47,484 nucleotides of DNA from Halocafeteria seosinensis (lineage: Eukaryota), in NCBI GenBank assembly GCA_001687465.1, contig LVLI01000204.1:124001-171484 (forward strand), read 5' to 3'. Made by a program: the position numbers and the translations under genes. This document shows positions 23,759 to 35,627 of this stretch, piece after piece. The notes under the pieces were generated by a model. The model worked only from the letters and a program-made list of their open reading frames with translations. It ran no database searches and had not been told where the DNA came from. Every line of letters begins with the position of its first letter. Position 1 is the stretch's first letter.

Positions 23759-25897
23759 CTAATAATACCTCTTGAGGTCTTCGTTCTCCTTTCTGAGTCG
23801 CTCGTTTTCTTCGTAAACTGCTTGCAATTGGTTGTGATGATCTTGCAACAGGTTGGAAACCTCCCTCTGAGGACATACAAATACACGGAAATATGAAGAC
23901 AGACGGCACACGACACACGCTCGGATAGCAGCTTACCTTCATTGTATGCGCCTGGCGCAATATCTCAAGATGCATGTTCTGCAGCTTCTGTGATACTGGT
24001 TCTATGCTCTCGCTTACTGCGTTTGTCACTTGTTCCTGAATGAGACGACGGATTTCACTGTTGCTCATACCCTTATCGGCTGTGGTTGTGGACTGTTCCT
24101 TTGCCGACAAAGTTTCTTCCCGTGTCCGCTCCATCTTGTCTATGGCGGCATCGATTTTTGCGTCCAAGTTGTTCATCCAGCCGTGCAGCGACTCAGAAAG
24201 GGTTTTCTCAAGGGATTGTGCAACAATATCTTTCACCTGAGAGGAAGTCACACCACCCCGAACGTGATTCTCTGAAGCTTCTATTGGCGATACAGAGACA
24301 GGAGTCGTGTAGTCTCCAGGTTGGGACACCGGTGTGCGTTCCTGAGAGGTTCCTGGCACTGTCGGGCTTGCTTCCGTGGCTCCACGCCCATTCGGTGGAG
24401 GTTGAGGAGGAGTCTTGGCATGGAGCGTGCTGAGGGTGCTCTTGAACACCCCTTCGTTAACAGGTAGAGTCTGATGGGAAACTTGGTTGTATTCGAGCAT
24501 GGATGAAGAAGAAGCTACTCCATCTCGCGCGCTTGACGCTCGTTCACTTTCTTGAGATCTTGTCACACCTCCATCGGTTGCAGATTCCTTCTTGTCGCCA
24601 GACTTGGCTTTTGCCGGGGGGTGCTGCGTAAGTATTTGTAATGGTATTTCATCCGTTGTCACTGTTGCAACTGGAGAAGTAGATCGGGTGTCCAGAACCT
24701 GAATCATGCATGTGGAGTCCCCAACAACAAGTTCGTAGCCATCGGGGAAAAAGTCTAAACATGTCACCGATACATCTAGCTTGAATTGGAACATATGTAT
24801 TTGCTCCACGCTGTCGAATACATTAATGGTCCCGTCCGAAGAGGCACTCGCAAACACTCCCGGCCCTGTGATTTTCATCTCTTCCTCCCGCCCTCCTTGG
24901 TGTCCTCCACTGTCTGCCGAATGAGTACACAGTAGAATCTTCTCACCCGTCGCAGGGTGTATACCGCTTTCGGGAACTTCCCAGACCTCTTCCCAAGGAT
25001 CTAGGTTTGTATCCCATATGCGAATCGAACCATCTGCTTCTGCGGTGACCAGCCAATTTTTCATAGGGTGCTGAGGCTTTTGAAAGAAGCACGCGTTGAC
25101 GAATGCTTCTGCTCCCTCGACCTCAATAGGCGCAAACATATTGTCGTCCTTCCTCGCTGAAACCCTATCATTGTCGACGTAGTGGCTAATCCTCTTTATC
25201 TCCCAGGAATATAGTACACCACTTTGTAATCCCACAACCAATCGCTTCTGTGATGCATCGAAGTCTGCACATACTGCGGGGGATGGTAACTGCGGCGAGA
25301 ACCACAAACATACAAAATTTCCGATAAAACATTCAGCATTCCCAGTTGCTCTGACTTGGAAGGCAAAACCGTACCTTCCACTCCAGCAGAGGTTCTGCTT
25401 TCTTGGTTTTCAGGTCCCACAAGCTCACTTTGGAAGCCGAAGCAGCACATAGATACCTCGAAGAGGAGCTGAATTTCAGGCACGTTACAGGCTGCACCAG
25501 GCACAAATCCAAGAGCATTACAGAGTCTGCCTACGTAGAAGCACTCGGTTCAGGACAAACACGTACTTCTCCGTGATAAAATGGGGACAACTTGGCGTCG
25601 GTATCGACGGCAATCAGTAGAATCGTGCCTTTGTTGCTCCCGGTGGCCAGGACTTTATCTGCATCACATAATGCTTATACACTCCATGTGATTGTTGGGA
25701 TATATGCGTACATCATGTGATCACCTACATGAGTGGTTCCAGGCGATTTGGCACACGTATTCCCCTTCTTTCAGACGATTAACGCGGGCTGGGTCCGATT
25801 TCAAAGACAATGTCTCCCCCGCTGCATCGTATTTAGCTCTCCATATTTTAGCTTTCGAAGCGCCACATGTAGCGATTCGGATCCCATCGAGTGTCAT
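23759..25897 (-). CDS. NEDD1: NEDD1/GCP-WD gamma-tubulin ring complex targeting protein
   Basis: N-terminal WD40 repeats across several exons, an S/T/P-rich linker and a C-terminal coiled coil LQNMHLEILRQ...EENERLRKENEDLKRYY (TAG at 23761-23759), as in NEDD1. Confidence 0.8.
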
Positions 25898-26153
25898 TAT
25901 AAGGAAACAAGCGTCACATAAAATATCACTGAAAATAATAGTGCGTGATACAGACAATACGGAAGGTGATTTGAATACTGGCTAACGCTCGTCTGGTGAA
26001 ATTTTCAGTCACGAGCAACTTTGTAGAATACAGACCACAATTTGCTAAAGTGATTGGTAAGTAATTTTTTTTGCGCTATGGCGAGTTATCTTTGCTAGAG
26101 ACTCGCTCGACAACTCTATGTAGTAACGCAACTGTGGAACGTGACCATTGCAC

Positions 26154-26867
26154 TTATAATTCTCCGTTTTCATTCCCACCGCTTTGCTCAAAAGCCTCCA
26201 GTTCATCGCGTACGAAATTGGCCAGACTCTTCTTATCTCGGCCTCCAGCATACTTCTTGCCCTCGGACATGTTATCGTGGAAGAGCTTCAGAGTAGGATA
26301 TCCTCGAACCTGTATCAAAACCCGGAGAAACACTTAAAAAAGCGATACCAACAGTAGATAGAATCCTGATATCCACTTACGCCATTGTCCTTGCATGTTT
26401 TACTGTGCTTGGTGCAGTCAACTCGTTCAATATGAACTTCTGGAGTATCTTGGAACTCCTTGGCCAACTCCTCCCACTGCAGCAGATCAGAGATTATTGA
26501 CATTGTAGAGTGCATTAAGCAGAAACGCAATGTTTGAAGAAACCTTACCGTAGGTGCGAGTCGTTTGCAATGTCCACACCACTGTAAATAACGATTTCTT
26601 CAGGGTAAAACAAACGGCGCGCGAAACAAGCTCTCACGTGGCCTTACCGGTGCATAGAACTTGACAAAGTGAACGTGGCCAGCTGCGATATCCGACACAC
26701 ACAAAAAGTAGATAACAGTCCCTTTTACTTGTCCAGCACATCGCTTGCCATCACTTACGCTCGATATCGACATCCTCCACACTCTTGGCGGCTTCTTCCG
26801 CGGAAACGATTCCGGTCAAAGACATCGCGAGCAAGCTCACGAATACAATTCCAGATTTCATCATCAT
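26154..26867 (-). CDS. Single-domain PDI-family thioredoxin with signal peptide
   Basis: Five short exons: MMMKSGIVFVSLLAMSLTGIVSA / HFVKFYAP / WCGHCKRLAPT / WEELAK...VDCT / VRGYPTLKLF...YAGGRD...NGEL*. Confidence 0.88.
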
Positions 26868-27097
26868 AGGGGTTCCTTTCGTTTTTCTCGTTCCTTGATA
26901 TTGACCTCTGTCCTGTCAGAATTTGAACAATTCTCGCGTACAACACTTGCATAATGGCTAACCGTCATGCGACTTCCACCGCCATCTTCACATTCGAGAC
27001 TCTAAAGGTATTACAGAACGGTATGGATTGACGACGATTCGTCTCGTCTCGTATTTTCATCACTTCCAACGCAGTTTACTACTCGACCCGAACGAAA

Positions 27098-28500
27098 ATG
27101 GCCGAAAAAGATACGTGGTACTTGCATGCCGTCCCGGATCGATTCGATGGACTTCAGTGCCAACTTACGGCCGATTCCACGGATTCCCAGGACATTACCC
27201 TGTACACACACGGTACAACTTCCGCCGAAGTTCAAGAGCGGATCCACGCCTGCATCGAGGACTGGAGGTGAGTGCACTTTGGGTCTCTTCGAGGTCAATA
27301 TTGGATTTTCGAAATGGGCCTGCAGAACTCGAGGGGTACGTGGTGTGTGGATACAGATTCCACGTACGCTATTGGAAGTTGGAGGTGTACTCGATCCAAT
27401 TCTCAAAGAGGGGTTCGAGCTGCATCATGCGAAAAAGGAATATGTACGTGGCGAGTTTTCTTTGATATATGTGCAATCACGGCTGCGCGAAGGATTGACG
27501 CTCATCTGTCTTGGCTTCCAGGTAATGGTTAACAAGTGGCTGCCTGATCCCGAAGAGGATCCCAACCCAATGCCGAATTACGCAACACATTACGTTGGCC
27601 TGGGTGGAATCGTTCTAAATGGCCGCGACGAACTCCTCGTGGTCTCAGAAAGATACGCGTTTAAAAAGACACACAAGCTCTTGTGGAAATTGCCTGGAGG
27701 ACTAGCTGACCCAAATGAACGATTAAGTGACGGAGTAGAGCGAGAAATATTCGAAGAAACAGGTACGTATCTGCATCTGGCTAGCTGGTGAAGTTGATCT
27801 AAATGTTGAGTATGTAGTTTTCGTTGTTTCCTTTACGGAGTTCGGCAGGTATTCGAGCGAAATTTGAACATATCAGTTGCTTTCGTCACAACCCGAAGTG
27901 GCTCTTTCAAAAGAATGATATCTATTTTGTATGCATGTTAAGTCTTGAAGGGGACGAGGTACCGGAGCCAAAGCCGGATCCTAAGGGTGAGACCTATACA
28001 GTCAAACGGTGTCGTTAATGTGTATATAGTTCATTCAACCACGCCATGCAGAGTTGGTTGCGGCAAAGTGGATGAAGATTGATGACTTCTTGTCTCATCC
28101 AGATGCGTGGGTGACGAATCGCCAGTTTGTTGCCTTGGCTTTATCGAGGAGTGAGCACTCCAACCCTGAAAATACATATGGCATCCGTGAATACGTCGGT
28201 TCTGGTCAACTCGGTGATATGCACTACACTCATGACTTCTACGCCTTCGGATCGCCATCATTAGATAGACTTCCACGGAAACAGCTGGAAGAAATGCCAA
28301 AGCATCAGTCCTTGCCTGCATTTCTGGAACGCACAGACAACTCGCAGACTCGCACGTACTGCTCCTTTGCAACAGAGGTACAAGGCGCTTGCATCTCATC
28401 ACTGTCTCAACTTCGCAAGATACCTGGGACTCGCTCTGGTAGGTACATTCGAATTGTTTCGAGTGGTGTTGCTCTGTTAGCAAAAGGCTTTTCCGTCTAG
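27098..28500 (+). CDS. Nudix hydrolase, NUDT6/AtNUDX-like, tandem copy 1
   Basis: Pre-Nudix domain (DRFDG...RGVWIQIP...GFELHH), then PNYATHYVGLGG, the Nudix box WKLPGGLADPNE...REIFEETG and CFRH...DIYFVC. At least four introns. Exact 3' end uncertain. Confidence 0.85.
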
Positions 28501-28522
28501 TGTCTGAAACTCACACATGCCA

Positions 28523-29047
28523 CTAGGATAGGGCTAGTTGACAGCTGCGGCAAAAGCCTGGACCCTTTTCGTCCAACTCGGAGAGACTATTAGAGAATTG
28601 CATACCGCATCCAGGGCTTGTGCAGTGCTTCAGTCCGTAGGTATGGCCGAGTTCATGAAGGCATAATGTTTTGCATCGCTTTCGAGGCTGTCCAGTCGAA
28701 GGATGCGCCGTGGAACCGGGAAGCACCCGGCAAAAGGATACAACGGCGCAAGATCCAGGCGAGTGTGCTTGACCGAATACAAACTTTAGGTCACCTCCGT
28801 ACAAGTCCTCTGTTGTAATTCCCACGACCCTGCCACGAGCGAACCTTTCCCGTTGTAGATACCTTAGTAATCGGCTCGCGTTGTATTGGCCTCGCTCCCG
28901 ATTAAAGGCTTCAACGGGAAGAGGAGTTGGCAAGTGCTGCCTGACTTCTTGTCCCGTTTGCTCGGAAATGAATCCGGCTATCTCGTTTAAGATCTGAGTT
29001 AGCACCGAGCTATCACTTGAGCATAGTGGAACAAGTGTTATCGTCAT
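28523..29047 (-). CDS. Archaemetzincin (peptidase M54), short prokaryote-like form, intronless
   Basis: Motifs RGQYNA, GITTEDLY...FVFGQA, the Zn site HELGHTYGLKHC followed by CxMxFSNS, and C-terminal FCRSC. About 174 aa from ATG 29047. Confidence 0.92.
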   Translation of the reverse strand: MTITLVPLCSSDSSVLTQILNEIAGFISEQTGQEVRQHLPTPLPVEAFNRERGQYNASRLLRYLQRERFARGRVVGITTEDLYGGDLKFVFGQAHSPGSCAVVSFCRVLPGSTAHPSTGQPRKRCKTLCLHELGHTYGLKHCTSPGCGMQFSNSLSELDEKGPGFCRSCQLALS

Positions 29048-29358
29048 TCTGTGTACCAAGTTGCAGGATTGACTTTTTTATCGTGCTCTTCCGAAGCAAT
29101 TTCACGCTTGCATGAAACAATCTTGTACTTTGTTAACAACCGTATCAAATGCACTCGAATTAAAGCTTTTCCGTCATTTATCTTGAACTTGTACAACCTG
29201 TAAGGCTTCAAGCGAGGAGTTGAAATTCTGCGGTATATGAATCATCACAGCGATACAGTAAGTTTTGATAAAAACACCGAATTAAAATGGGTTGATATGA
29301 CGTTTGTATGAAACTCATTTGTAACTTTTTTATAGGTGCATCGGATGTATAGCTCGGA

Positions 29359-30635
29359 ATGGATCGGAAGGTTGAAATTGTATCCAAGGAGGACCGGTTC
29401 CAAGGACTGGAATGCGAATTGAGACTGGTTAATGCAAACCGCGGCCATGACAAAACGTTTGAATCCCAACTGGAAAGGACTTTGAAAGAGTGGAAGTAGG
29501 TTGGAAATGATGCAATTCGCGCATGTCATGAGTATCTCGGAAATGGCTCTTGGGCGCAGACAGAATGGGTATCGAGGAATCTGGTTCAAAGTCCCTAAGG
29601 ATATGGTTAAGGCTGGGTATTTGGAACCAGTGATGCAGCAAGGATTCGAGCTCCATCACTGCATGAAGGAATACGTTATGCTAACCAAATGGCTTCCCGA
29701 TCCTCAGATGGACCCGAATATGATGCCTAACTTCGCTACGCACTTTATTGGCGTGGGAGGACTAGTGGTAAATCATCGAAATGAGATCCTGGTGGTATCG
29801 GAGAAATTCAATATCGACAGGAGCAAGAGGCACTTCTGGAAACTTCCAGGAGGTTTAGTAGATCCCCATGAACGATTTAGTGTCGCCGTGGAGCGTGAGG
29901 TCTACGAGGAAACTGGTAAGAAAGCTCAACCACGTCAGCATCTCCGGTGGAGCTGCACTTGCTGATCCTGCGCAGGTATCAAGGCGAACTTCCAGCATAT
30001 CAGCTGTTTCCGTCATAATCCGAATTTTAGAATGGATAGAAATGATGTCTACTTCATCTGTCTCTTGAAACTGGAAGGGGATGAGATACCGGAGCCGAAG
30101 GCGGATCCGAAAGGTTTGTACTCAATGAACTTGCAAACTTACGAATCGAAGGTTCATTTTGCGCTTTGCCCTAACAACAGAAATCGCTGCCGCGAAATGG
30201 ATAAAAGTTGAGGACTTTCTATCTCACTCTGACGTGTACATACCGAATCGCCAGTTCATTGCACTGGCGCTTGGCCAAAGCCAACTCGGGAAGAACGTCG
30301 CAGCCGGGTTTCGGGAATACACACTACCGAGAAAATACTCTAGATCCTGTCTTCAGGATGTATTCGCTTCAGGCTCTGAGGTAGATCACCTAACGCGGAT
30401 GAAAGTGGATGGCGTTCCACCTGATAAAGGACAACCGGATACGCTTCAACACCCGGCTATCATGGAATACATGCGTTCCCAAGGAATGGAGTACGACTCT
30501 GTAAATTTTATCTACTACAAACCGCGGCAGAATAGTATGGAATCAGGGATTGAGGATAACAAAGCACTAAGGAGATGTGCTGCTGTATTAGCAACGGCAC
30601 TCGGAGTAGCATTGCTAATATCACACCGCAAATGA
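29359..30635 (+). CDS. Nudix hydrolase, NUDT6/AtNUDX-like, tandem copy 2
   Basis: Motifs DRFQG...RGIWFKVP...GFELHH, PNFATHFIGVGG and WKLPGGLVDPHE...REVYEETG. Three coding introns at positions matching copy 1. Hydrophobic C-terminal tail. Confidence 0.87.
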
Positions 30636-30667
30636 ATATCCCAAATATCATGTCTTCGCAGCCAAAA

Positions 30668-33319
30668 TTACTTGTTTCTTCTGAGCGCATTCAATACTTC
30701 TGAGGCAGCGTGGGGGATGGGAGTTCCAGGACCGAAGATGCAGCTAGCACCGGCATCATAAAGGAACTGGTAATCTTGAGGAGGAATCACACCACCAACC
30801 ACCACTTTTATATGGCTGCCTTGTTTTTCGTTCAAGGCCTTCACCAGGCCAGGGACCAGGGTCTTATGGCCCGCTGCTTGGGTGCTGACACCCACCACAT
30901 GAACGTCCGCATCAATTGCCTGTTGAGCCGCTTCGTCGGGTGTGGAGAAGAGCGGTCCTACGTCCACATCGAACCCTAAGTCGGCAAACCCGGAGGCAAT
31001 AACTTTTGCACCGCGATCATGTCCATCCTGTCCCATCTTTGCCACGAGGATGCGTGGGTTTCTTCCTTCTTCCTTGGCAAACTGCTCAACCCTTTTCGCA
31101 ACTTCCTCGAAGTCTCTTTGGTGATCTTCATGAGGATCACTCTGATACTGCTTCTTGTACGCACCTTGAACCACACCTTCCTTCGGCACATGCTCTCCCC
31201 ACACTTGGCGGAGCGCATCTGAGATTTCTCCCACGGTGGCACGAGCGCGGGCAGCCTCAACACCAAGTCTCAGCAAATTGTATTCATGAGAGCCAGCGGA
31301 GGTAGACTCTTCCATTGCAGCAGAGTCACGGAGTTTTTGCAAAGCTTGGGTGACGGCACCTTCATCCCTTTCCTTCTTCACACGGTCGAGTTTCTCAAGT
31401 TGCTTATTCCTCACCGTAGTGTTATCGATCGTAAGGACATCAACAGGCTCTTCGTCCTTCAGTCTGTACTTGTTCACACCGACCTGTATGTCTTGCTGAC
31501 TATCCAATCGCGCTTGCTTCTTAGCAGCAGCTTCTTCAATTCGACTCTTTGGCATGCCTTGTTCGATTGCCTTGGCCATACCGCCATACTCGTCGACTTC
31601 GTCGATAATCTCCAACGCTGCGTCGTACAAGTCGGAAGTCAGTTTCTCCATCATGTAGCTCCCGCCCCATGGATCGACTACGCGGGTAAGCTGAGACTCC
31701 TCTTGCAACACCAATTGTGTATTCCGGGCAATTCGGGCAGAAAATTCGGTTGGCAGACCTAGAGCTTCATCATACGAGTTGGTATGCAAGCTCTGAGTAC
31801 CTCCCATAGCTCCAGCCATCGCTTCAATGGTAGTCCGAATAATGTTATTGTATGGGTCTTGCTCTGTTAAACTGTAGCCTGAGGTCTGACAATGTGTACG
31901 CAAGAGATGTGACTTCGGGTTCTGAGCCCCGAGACGATCACGCATCAAATGCGCCCAAAGTTTGCGCGCGGCTCGTAATTTGGCCACCTCCATGTAGAAA
32001 TTCATGCCAATACCAAAGAAGAAGCTCAATCGCGGGGCGATCTTATCGACATCCAATCCTGCCTTGGTGGCGCACCGCACGTACTCAAGTCCATCCTGTA
32101 ATGCGTATCCATTGGATGAAAGAATTTTGAGAAGGGAAAAGAACCCTTCTGTCTTCACGTTGCACTTACAGCCAATGTGAACGCGAGCTCCAGTTTGGCG
32201 TCCGCACCTGCTTCTTGCATGTGATAGCCACTAATGCTGATGCTATTGTAACGAGGCATATTCTCAGCGCTGCGTATTCATTTTAGGCAAAAATTAGGAA
32301 ACAGTTCCGATAGAACATTGCTTGTACGTATTTCATTACGTACGTGAAGCCCATGATGTCCTGAATAATTCGGAGCGACGGCATCGGTGGGTATATGTAC
32401 GTATTTCGGACCATGAATTCCTTTAAAATGTCGTTTTGGATAGTACCAGCAAGTTGTTTCCACTCTACTCCTTGCTCCTCCGCAGCTACAATGTAGCTTG
32501 CTAGTACAGGAAGAACAGCGCCGTTCATTGTCATCGAGACTGACATCTTATCCAAGGGAATCCCATCGAACAAGATTTTCATATCCTCTACCGAATCCAC
32601 GGGAACACCGGCCATCCCTACATCACCGACTACTCTAGGATGATCACTGTCGTAACCTCTATGAGTAGCCAAGTCAAATGCGACTGAAAGGCCTTGTTGT
32701 CCAGCTTCCAAATTCTTGCGATAAAACTTGTTGCTCTCCTCCGCAGTTGAGAAGCCAGCGTACTGTCGAATCGTCCACGGACGATTCGTGTACATGGAAG
32801 CATACGGACCACGCGTATAGGGGTAGACGCCCGATTCCTGGTCCAATTCCATTCCCTGCGTATTACGACGAGTATACACGGTACGCGTACTTGCCCTCGC
32901 TGAGCAGCACTTGAAGAACCACCGAAACCGTACCTCAATATCGTCTTTGGTGTAGATTGGCTTCACTCGTACACCTTCGGGTGAGGTCCAAATGAGGTCT
33001 TCGGGAGTTTTGCCTCCTTTTAGCTCCTGTATTCATACAATAAACACACGAGAGTAGCAGAAAGCGTCATTTTGTGTTCTATAGGGCGAATAAAAGAATA
33101 AACACCTTGACTGTGGCATACCTTTTGGACGGCTTCTTTCCATTTTGAAGGCAACTGCTCGTTCCGATTCTCTCGGTCAGAGGCAGAAGAGGAGAAAGAG
33201 AATGTACCGACAGCATCACGGGAGCTAAGGACGCCTTTTCGAGCTCTGAGAGCTTCATAATGAGGTGAAAAGCGTCGAACAAAGAGATCCGAACGCCGAG
33301 GCACAAACGACCGATACAT
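30668..33319 (-). CDS. MMUT: Methylmalonyl-CoA mutase, mitochondrial (adenosylcobalamin-dependent)
   Basis: Motifs RGPYASMY...[42 protein letters not shown] and the B12-binding GQDGHDRG. Four introns and a mitochondrial presequence. Confidence 0.97.
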
Positions 33320-33950
33320 CGTTTTAAGGTTTACAAAATACGTCGCAAGTTACTAGAGCAAAAGGACAACTTCTTCCCGCGTTATGCACCTGAAGTAGAG
33401 TCACGCACAGACACACTATCGTCACCAAACGAAGGCCTTAAACTACATGTATTAGCACGCTACTTCCGAGCAATCAATTGTTTCACTTCTTGGTGAAGTA
33501 ATAGATTGTCGTGTCCAGTTGTCGGCTTGACCAGTCGTCGTTGTCGACGAGTCGCGTCCCCCGAAGCGAGGGCTTGTGGAAAATTCGTGGAGAGCAGTTG
33601 ACTACCAGTAATCCTCTTCAACCCAAGTAACAAAACCGCATATATGTTGTACAATGTGGAACAATGTCGCCGGTAGCTGGAATTGTGCAACCTGAATCTG
33701 TGAATCAGCTGGCTATGAATGTCATTCGTACAGTATGCAGTGCCCAAGTAGTTGAACAATCGTACGTTGTACAACTTCTACAAGTATAAACATGGAGAGA
33801 TTAGAGTGGTATAGGCCAGTCGTTAGTCACTGCGCCCATGATATGTTGGTTGCAATTCTATCGATTGCGGAGTTCGCTTCCGGATACTTCCGTGCAACTG
33901 CACTAAGAACTACCGAGCATACAGTACTTCCTTTTATGGTCTCTTTGTGT

Positions 33951-35078
33951 TTATTTATTTTCTACAGACAAATCAGGATCTTCAGCTTCTTCAACGAGCC
34001 GACGAAGTTCTATGAAGATTTGCTCGATTTTATTTTTTCAGAGAAGTGCGCTCGCTCCTCTGCAGTTAAACCGCGGAGTTGAGGGCAATAGGAAGATTTC
34101 ATCAATTCTTTAATTGGAGCGAAGTCTTGCTCCAGAACTCGCAAATCGGAGCATCAGAAGGACAATCGACAATATCAGCTAGTTCACTGAGGCGTCCGGT
34201 TGTCTTGACAGACTCCACGAATCGCCGAAGAGCAGTTTTGGGAGGAACTGCCTTGGGTAGTTTGTCCAAGACTTGATCGATCTTATTGGAAAAGAAAGTG
34301 ATTCTCTCCTCTTCAGGTAACCCTAAGAGTTGAAGACAAAGGAATGTACCATAAATTTTTTTATTTGGGACTTCTGCTCCATACTCTGTGCAACTTCTTT
34401 ATGCTTAGCACTCGGAGCAGCACCAACACGTCTAGCTAATTTGCTGAGACTTCCCTCGTTCATGGCAGCCACGATGAAAGATTCGAGGGGACTCGTTGGG
34501 TCGACTCCTTCTTCTACAATAGCTTTCAAATCGTCCAGATATTGGTGAATATTCGAGGGCCGGACGTTATTTCTCAGCTTCGCTTCTGCTTCTTGTACTT
34601 TGCCTCGGAAATGCTTAGCCATTTGCTCACTTTAAGTCAGGTCGTTCAACTCCCTCCTGTGATTCCTTTTCTAGTAACGTTATCCATGATTCGTACTGGT
34701 TTTTTCTCTCTCTAGCCTCTCCATCTCCCCGAGCTCAGCTCGGACTTCTCTGTGTGCCTTTGGGATTGCTTCACGCAACGCTTCCCTCCCTATCGGGATG
34801 GCCAGGGATGGTTCGGCAGATTTTCATTGACCGCTCATTCCCGGCGTTGCCTTTATCCCCGTTCGGAAGCCATGTCCTTGGTCGTTAACTTTCTTGCAAA
34901 ACGCTCCAAGCATTGCCGTGCGTGCACCATGGGGAAGACATTTGAAGTGGATTTTGTTGTGTTTCGTCCAACCCAGTGTTATGCGCTCAATGTACTCAGG
35001 TAATGATAACATCTCGTTATCTTTGAAAATGGTATCCTCCTTCCCTTTTCCTCCTGTACATACTGAAGAAGCTGCCAT
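33951..35078 (-). pseudogene. Frameshifted gene for a helical protein with an internal repeat of about 80 aa
   Basis: Protein-like frames are broken by an in-frame TGA (34826-34824) and several frameshifts with no usable introns. VDPTSPLESFIVAAMNEGSLSKLARRVGAAPSA...MEQKSQIKKFM...LGLPEEERITFFSNKIDQV matches VPPKTALRRFVESVKTTGRLSELADIVDCPSDA...LEQDFAPIKELM...RGLTAEERAHFSE/KIEQI. Confidence 0.6.
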
Positions 35079-35627
35079 CTTTAACCGTGTGAAACTGTTC
35101 TCGAGAAAACTCTTTCCCGTGTACACAGATTTACTACAGAGGTACGCACGTAAATTGCAACCTTAACTGTAGATGACTTGTCACGCAACCTATCAATGCT
35201 GAATTCGAAATGGGTCAAAGTAGCTTGAAATATCGTCTATCGATCCACCAGTTTTCGCGATCTATAGAGGGCGGATCGCGATTCATGAATCATGATTCAT
35301 GGTACCAGTTCTGTGAACTTCACTGTGAAGTAGACTGCGACACTGTGTGTGTGACACTATGTTACACCCGACACACTGTCGGACACGGAGCTAGGTGCGT
35401 TATCAACGGTTTAATGTATTGGCGCTGGCGTCTTTGTCCTAGGCTCCGATGGTACGGAACTCCAGCAGCATCCACAGAAAGAGAGCAGCGGTGTGAAGCT
35501 GTGAGACGGGAACTTTCACACCTTCAGCAGGACAGCGCGCACATGCCGTGCTAGCACTCGCATATATGGAGTTGTTAAATTCTATGGTATAATCGGCTCA
35601 TTCGGCGAATCTGGTTTGACTTACAAA

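Noticed and set aside
34824..34826. In-frame TGA as possible selenocysteine or stop-codon reassignment
   Set aside because: It is accompanied by frameshifts and has no redox motif context, and TGA, TAA and TAG all terminate conserved genes in this window.
35256..35390. Small hairpin, palindrome and GACAC/TGTG repeats upstream of the long AlkB-like gene as mobile-element ends
   Set aside because: No matching terminal repeat or target-site duplication was found at the other side of the block.
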